A DNA stretch of 57,155 nt from Catajapyx aquilonaris (Eukaryota), in contig KZ538636.1 of NCBI GenBank assembly GCA_000934665.2, positions 1-57,155 on the forward strand, given 5' to 3'. Each line of letters starts with the position of its first letter. The first letter of the stretch is position 1. Positions 50,668-57,155 of the stretch are shown one piece after another. The translations under genes were made by a program, and so were the position numbers. A model generated the notes under the pieces. The model ran no database searches and was not told where the DNA came from. It worked only from the letters and a program-made list of their open reading frames with translations.

Positions 50668-52492
50668 GGGGGGGGGGGGGTGCCAAGAGTAAACTTATCG
50701 TGGGACACTCTGGGTCACAATATATTCGGTACATATGCAGTGCCATATGATGTCAACTTGGTGTGATTGATAGAGCAGTTTGTGGCGGTGAAATGTAACC
50801 GGATTTCATACATATAAAAATGTGACGCATTGCTGGAGCATATGCGAAATTTCGCATGGAAGAGGCTGGATATTTGGATCCCTCCCTAGGATGGCTCAAG
50901 GGGGAATGGGGTGGGTGACCGCTCAATCGAGAAGTGGATCCAAGGGAAAAATTTGGTCTCAGAATGGGTTTGCTAGTGCTTATACAATATGCGGTTCTCT
51001 AGAAGGTTGTCACGTTCTGCATCTCAGCCGTCTCAATATACCTCAAAACACCTGCTTCAGTCTATTCGATTTGCTAGTCTGTGTAATAAAACGACATACA
51101 AACATGCCTGTAAAATAAGGTGGCAATATTTTGCTAATAATATTTGGCCAATTTCATATAGGAAAAATATACCCTACATGGCTCATAATTATACCTGAGC
51201 CACCAAACCCTCAACAGTTACCTATCTTCCTGTGCACAGAGCTTTTATTTCACGTCTTTTCGACACCGTGTAAGGTACCGTAGAATTAGAGCACCATACG
51301 TTCTTGTTGGCGGGAACGGCTGCATGTTCTCTCAACATGGTGACTCTGAGACCATTTTTTTCATAGTAGAGCAGGGTATATGCTGCCGTGATACAATACA
51401 CATTTACGCCCGAGCCAGCAGTGTTTCCTGCTGCTAGGTGGATATAAGAGAGGTTTCCCTACTGTGTAAGTGTGAGGAGGTGTGTTCGCGCGACTAAACT
51501 AGTTATCTTACCCTATCATTATGTGCAATGCAGAGGCATTTGGAACTCGAATGGTCTGACTATTATTAAAGTTTTATGACATGTTTTAATATTCAACGTG
51601 GGCGATTACAGATGTGACGGAATGCATAGGCTTTTTTCTGGACGTTTCTTAATGCATTGCGAATAAATGGAATCGATAGGTCGGATATTCCAACAAAAAC
51701 GCGCAACAGATTCACCGAAGATTTACCTTTTGGATTATGACGAGGAATTTATATTTTCACCTGTACTCAAGCGAATCGGAGGGGGCAGGGATTGGCCTTT
51801 CATGCTAACCGCCTTCGTCGACCGCCTTATTAATTAAATTCAATAAATGAAAATTAGCCTCGTCTTATGCACAAAGCTTTGCTATTCTAGGCATATAATA
51901 AACGCTGGTGCCGACAGAAATTGTGCGAGAGCAAAACAGTCTCTTCGAATATGTTTCGCACACGGTGAGGAATGTGAGTCTTGCTCCCGAAGTGTTGAAC
52001 GTTTAATGGGAGGAAGATATCACATTAACGACTTATACTGTGCGAAGGATATTTGAAGGAAAAAATAGTCGGCGGATGTGTAAAAAATATACGTGTAATT
52101 TTGATTTCTCATGTTTTCCTTATATAAGCCTGATTGTGGTAACTGCTGGAATTGATGGAAAATTTTACCGCATTTTGCGCAAAAATATTTGCCATTTTTA
52201 GTTAATTTGAGTGTATGCAACAGGAAACAAGCAGACACCAACTGTGTATTCCCACTATTAATTTAGATTACGTTAATAATCACGTTGCTGTACAGTAACT
52301 ATTATTTCCCTCAAGTGAATTTTCAACCTATCGTCTCCAGATATTTAAATTCATATTAGATTGCACCGACACTCATAATATACCAGATGGCTACAAATAA
52401 CGAGAAAAACTATTACCTTATATCTCAAACATTTCAACTACACAAAGGATACGCGCATGTTCTCATTATGACTTCAGTATATTCCTTATTTA

Positions 52493-52790
52493 TCTCTATC
52501 TCTATAAATAAGGAAGTTTGTCAGTTTGGATGTTTGTCCCTTATAGAAATCCGGGGGAAGGCCCCTACACCGCCTTGAATTAGCATATCGGGAGTTACAT
52601 TTTTCAAGGAATTTAATGCCGCATGTTTCAGCTTCCGAAAATGAACCTAACACCCATAACACGCATATTCCCAATTAACCAATTATCAATTACCTATTTA
52701 ACAATATTCATAGATTTCCATGGTAATGCCCTCATTACATTGTAGGCCTACCACCATAACATACCCGGGCAACGCCGGGTAACCTGCTAG
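52493..52790 (+). mobile_element. non-autonomous Helitron
   Basis: A|TCTCTATCTCTATAAATAAGG 5' end (start 52493 or 52499); same hairpin CCCGGGCAACGCCGGG as the 8.8-kb copy; CTAG|T 3' end. Confidence 0.88.
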
Positions 52791-53082
52791 TCCTCTATAT
52801 AAACAGAGGAATTCCTTCCCACAAATCCATTTTTGCTAATCTATTGTTAGATTTTGTCTGGAATCACACGTTTCAGCAATCTCCAGTGGAGTGCATGGAC
52901 AAAAGGTCTCTGCGGCTGAATATGTCCCTGACTGTCACTTGTTCTCTGTGCGATTAAAGTTATTGCGGGACAGTAAAGCCTGCTCAACGCCCCAAGACTC
53001 CTTGGGAACTTGTGGCGTGTTTCTCAAGCCTTTGAACCCTACGGGGATACCAGGTGGCGACGACGTGAAGGTAGCTATTGGA

Positions 53083-53310
53083 ATCTCTCTCTCTTTCTCC
53101 CTCTCCCTCTCCTCTTTCTCTTTTCTCTTATTCTCCATCCCCACCCGCTATTCCCTTTCACTCTGTCTTCCTCAACATCCGCCAGTGATTTGTCTTCGCG
53201 GGTGTCAACTCGGGAAAATTCCCATTTACTGCCTCGTTTTTCCCACCCCCACCTCTCTCTCTCTCTCTCTTTCTCTCTTTCACTCTATCTCCCTCTCTCC
53301 TCCTCTCTCT
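53083..53310. repeat. two (CT)n-rich polypyrimidine tracts
   Basis: CT-rich runs at ~53083-53135 and ~53253-53310. Confidence 0.8.
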
Positions 53311-56189
53311 GTAGGAATTAATGATGCCTGGACACACCCTGTTTACACTATTGCCACTACTTATCATTTTTATTTGGCGTCGACTTCATATTGGCGGAGA
53401 TGGCGCCATTGTCCAAACAAAGGGCAGTGATGAGGTTTTCGAAAATACTGGGAAAGATTGAGCGCCACTCTAAATAGTCCTGTCGCTAAGGCGTACAAAT
53501 ATGGTGTAAGTCACGGAAATCATGTCTAGGTGAGGAATAGCAATGCCTTCGTAGAGCAGACAACCTTCCTATAGATATTCGTTGAGGTACAGGAGGTGGA
53601 AACAAAAACTGCTGTTGTATGACACTTCCTTGCTATTCATATTTAATAGCGATTGATTTTATTTATTGATTTATATTTAAAAAGCGCTAAATTGGGGCTT
53701 CGTAATATTGGCCCATATGCAACGTTGTTTTCCCCAAACAATTCAGGATTCATTACGAGTCTAAGGAAATACCCACGAAATTATTACACCTATAGGGTCA
53801 GACTGTGATGATATGTGGCTGGAACGTGGCATCAACAAAACTTATGCAAGTGTCGGATCTACAGTATGCATGTTTTATTTGTGATATCGCAACTGTTCGA
53901 AATGGTCCAACGCGACAGCTTGATTCAAAGTTTCTTGCTCGTTTCCACTTCTTGGTTAAAAACACAAGAATTAAAACGAATGTTATAAGATTTCCTACCA
54001 AAAATATATGTCAAGTAGTTCCCGTGCCCTGCAGAATCAAGGGAGAAAAAAAACTTGGGTGAAACATGACTGAAGACTAAAAGAGAAAATTTCTTTTCCT
54101 CATCACTGTTCATAATTAAAAGTTACCTTTAGAAAGTGACATTTATTTTTACCGGTTAAACTCGAAATGCAATTTCTAGTTTAATTAACGCGTAGTTAAA
54201 TTCTTTGAAGAAATTACTCGAATCCTGGGTCTCAAGAGGTTAATGAACAAAGTTCTGCCTTGAGTTTCACAAGCAGGGAAAAAGGGGGAACCTATACGCG
54301 GAAATTAAATGGTAAGAAAAGCGTCGGAACTAGTGTACTGTGCGGGTGGCGGGGGTTGGGGGTTGGGAAAATATTTCACATGATGACCGTTTCTGGGATT
54401 AACCGTACCGTAGGCGTGTTTTGGCATGCCATGACAACGAGGATAATCATTGAAGAGGTCGATTCAAAAACTGGGTAACGATATTCAGAAGCACGGCTTC
54501 AATCGTAACTGATTTTGAAAGGCGATACACCCTTCACACGAGAGTGAGTAACAGTAATTCCGCGACTATACGACAGGAAGCGCTAATGTACGAAAGCGCC
54601 ACCAGCCGCAACGTTCAGGAACTAATTACTCTTAGTTAAGTAATCAGTTTAGAACCGACCCTTTCAATAATCATGTAACAATCTGCATGCACTTTTCTTA
54701 CCTTCGGGTTTCGGTTTCGACTCTCGAAGGCGCGTTTTAACGCAACATGTCGTGCGAGAGCACCACCTGAAATCTACCAAAATACATTGAAACTGTTAGC
54801 GGCCGTTTATGAACCACTTTGTACATGTGACACCTATCAAAGTGAGGCCCCCTTGGTGAGCGGTGGCAGGAATAATGTGAGCCCAAAAACTCATCAATGC
54901 GGAGGATGACACCGAAGACCGCCATCCGGAGCTGAAGGCTTGGCCAACAAGGAAGGAAAGATGGAAGGAAGAGAGGGTGGAAAAGTGGGTATAAGGAAAA
55001 GACCACTTTCTTGCACGAATGCCGTTGCACAGTTTGTTTTCAAGCTCCGGGCGTGCCAGGAATTTATAAGTTCCTTCCCAAAAAGAGATGGGAATTGTAG
55101 AGAGGTCGGGTGGAGAGACGTGGGTGGTAGGTGGGGTGTGAGGATATATCCATAGCAGGGTTTAATTGTGGGGCCTTTCTACACTAAGTGGAGCTGGGGG
55201 TTTCTCGGTTCGATTGCATTCGGTGGCATTGATTTGAGGGCGGTGGGGAGATTCGAGGGGTAACGGGTGAGTTCCCCAATGTGAAATTTATGGCGTCAAA
55301 TCTAAGCCGATATTAAGCTACTGGCTGAGGGGTCGGGGGCAGGAGGGGATCTCGAAGGAATATTTTATATTTTCCGGAAGGAGTTGTGCCACCCGCACAA
55401 ACTTTCTCACATTGTAACTTTAATGCTCCCTACATCTGGCACGATAGAGTTTGTGTAATATTTCCATCCCTGCCAGTGCAATCAGTGCAATTGTGAGGCA
55501 TCGCAAATGGCCCTCCCCGCTTCCTCCCTCTCCCTCCGGCTTGAGGAACAGCCTGGACTAATTAAATATGCAGAAAAAATAAGGAGAATGATGCCGATGC
55601 TAGCTTCTATTTCACGTGACTAAATAGGTTTTGCCTCCGGTGGTGAAATGGCAGAATAAATTTTGAGCAAGACGTTACAGAATCGGCGAAGACTGCGCTA
55701 CGTTTATACGAACGATTCCAAACTGATTTGCACTCAGGGCTTCCAGTAGATTGGGAAAGCACCAGGAAAATGGAACAATTTCATCCTGGAAGACCGTTAT
55801 ACGTAGAAGTAGGTGCTGTAGGTATATTATGTACTGACGTGGGCATTACGCGTACATCAACTATCCGTGCGATTCAAATAAATTCCATGAAACAACGTTC
55901 TCCAGAAATGTGAAATTAATGTAACGTTATAGGAGTTTTAATTGTATTTGTACTGCACAACAACGTATTTCTCACGTAATCAAAGTTGGAGAATTACTAC
56001 TGCGATCTATGCCCTTGAGATAATCAATAATCCTTCGCATTATACTGTATAGTGACAGGTTTGAATTTAATGTACTCGGTATATAGAGTTAGTCAGGTGC
56101 GGCAGTTCCAGGAAGAGAACCCAGTTTCCTTTCTCATTTGAACAACTGAGTACAGGTGTTCAAGACATGTAACTCCAAGGTACATGTGT

Positions 56190-56440
56190 AGTCGAGATGA
56201 AAGGAGGCCTTCCATTTACAGATTGCTTCTGCTAAAGACTTGTGAGAGGCTTCCTCGTCGGTATTGATTACTGTCAAATACTACCTTTCATAATGGACTG
56301 GCATCTAAGTGGCATCAAAGGTGTCCCAGTAGGTAGTTTTCATCCAGGGGATTAGGATCAATGCAGCTCATCAACAAAACCTCATCAGAATCTTCGTGGG
56401 AGGGCCTAGCCTCTCTCTCAAATGAAGAAGGAGCATTCCG
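56190..56440 (+). mobile_element. possible decayed RTE-type LINE 3' fragment
   Basis: tggactggcatct (WTGH-like, frameshifted) and tcgtgggagggcctagcc (SWEGLA; compare WExLAxDRxxWR) occur in the expected order. Confidence 0.22.
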
Positions 56441-56720
56441 GATATAACCTATAGATAGCAGTTTTCATATACTCAGACGACTCATTTGGACAGACTTGCA
56501 TAACGGGATGTTGATCATAAATCAAAATATGGAGACTAGTTTTTTTTTAGTCCGTAGCAGCTCCCCTAGTCACTCTATCCACTAGATGGAACTCTCTTAT
56601 GGAAGGGCCATAAATTTTTATTACGCCTTTGAACCTTTTTGTGCTCGATTCGGACATTTCCACAACCTTGTTACATATGCAACACGCGGGTGCTGTTTTT
56701 GTTCCTATAGCCCTAAAAAG

Positions 56721-56730
56721 GGCACGCGAC
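56721..56730 (+). promoter_or_regulatory. Hairy/E(spl) class C high-affinity site GGCACGCGAC
   Basis: Exact 10-mer match to the Hairy site known from the achaete promoter; second CACGCG at 56683. Confidence 0.3.
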
Positions 56731-57155
56731 CTGAGAGTTGCTCAAAGTATTTTATACTGTACACATAAATGCGAAAAAAGTTATGCAGCTTCGGTAATAT
56801 GTAACCCATTAAGTATACTAGGCCGCATTACGTCTCAATGTTCATCAGTTCAAGAAACCGTCCAGTCCAAGTCATATGTGCAGCTCATGTTGACCCCCAA
56901 TTTCTTTAAAATATATGGAAGGGAAATATCTCATCATAATGTACAGTACATCGCAGGTTGTACCAATTTTCCTAAGTTCAACACCGAGAACAAGTTGGTA
57001 AAAAAAATATGGTGGGAAGTAGGGGATATAGGGACGGGTAAAAGTCTGGCGCGTAACCGCTCCTTGTGAGGATGGTTGTGCAAACGAAGATGCGAGTGAG
57101 CGTGTTGATAATAATTATCTAGGTTTGGGTACAGTCGGAGGATGAAGGGGGGGGG

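Noticed and set aside
52891..53430. 179-aa plus-strand ORF and other 100-160-aa ORFs in GC islands (2875-3357, 9438-9911, 11423-11914, 25163-25588, 56629-57069)
   Set aside because: Low-complexity or compositionally driven, no recognisable domains, mostly non-ATG starts, and no consistent splice structure.

Overview
Eukaryotic (animal, most likely arthropod) genomic DNA. The left 7.5 kb holds six minus-strand coding exons of a nervy/MTG8 (ETO, RUNX1T1/CBFA2T) family transcriptional corepressor: NHR1/TAFH, NHR2 and NHR3 are present, all splice phases chain correctly, and the NHR4/MYND exon is not visible (probably left of position 1). The remaining ~50 kb, upstream of those exons, has no credible protein-coding gene. 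It looks like a regulatory desert or large 5' intron: GC-rich islands with poly-G/C tracts, many proneural-type E-boxes, and non-autonomous transposons. These include seven tRNA-derived SINE copies from three families, fold-back MITEs, two mini-Helitrons and faint LINE/Penelope/MULE remnants. The most interesting observations are: (1) one SINE body carrying three different 3' tails, while unrelated SINEs share a co-varying nested stem-loop at their 3' ends; (2) an apparent excess and clustering of Achaete-Scute-type E-boxes with Senseless- and Hes-type sites; (3) candidate non-canonical exons and isoforms of the nervy gene. I see no firm evidence for a wholly new biological system. Everything outside the six core exons and the TSD/TIR-bounded elements is inference.
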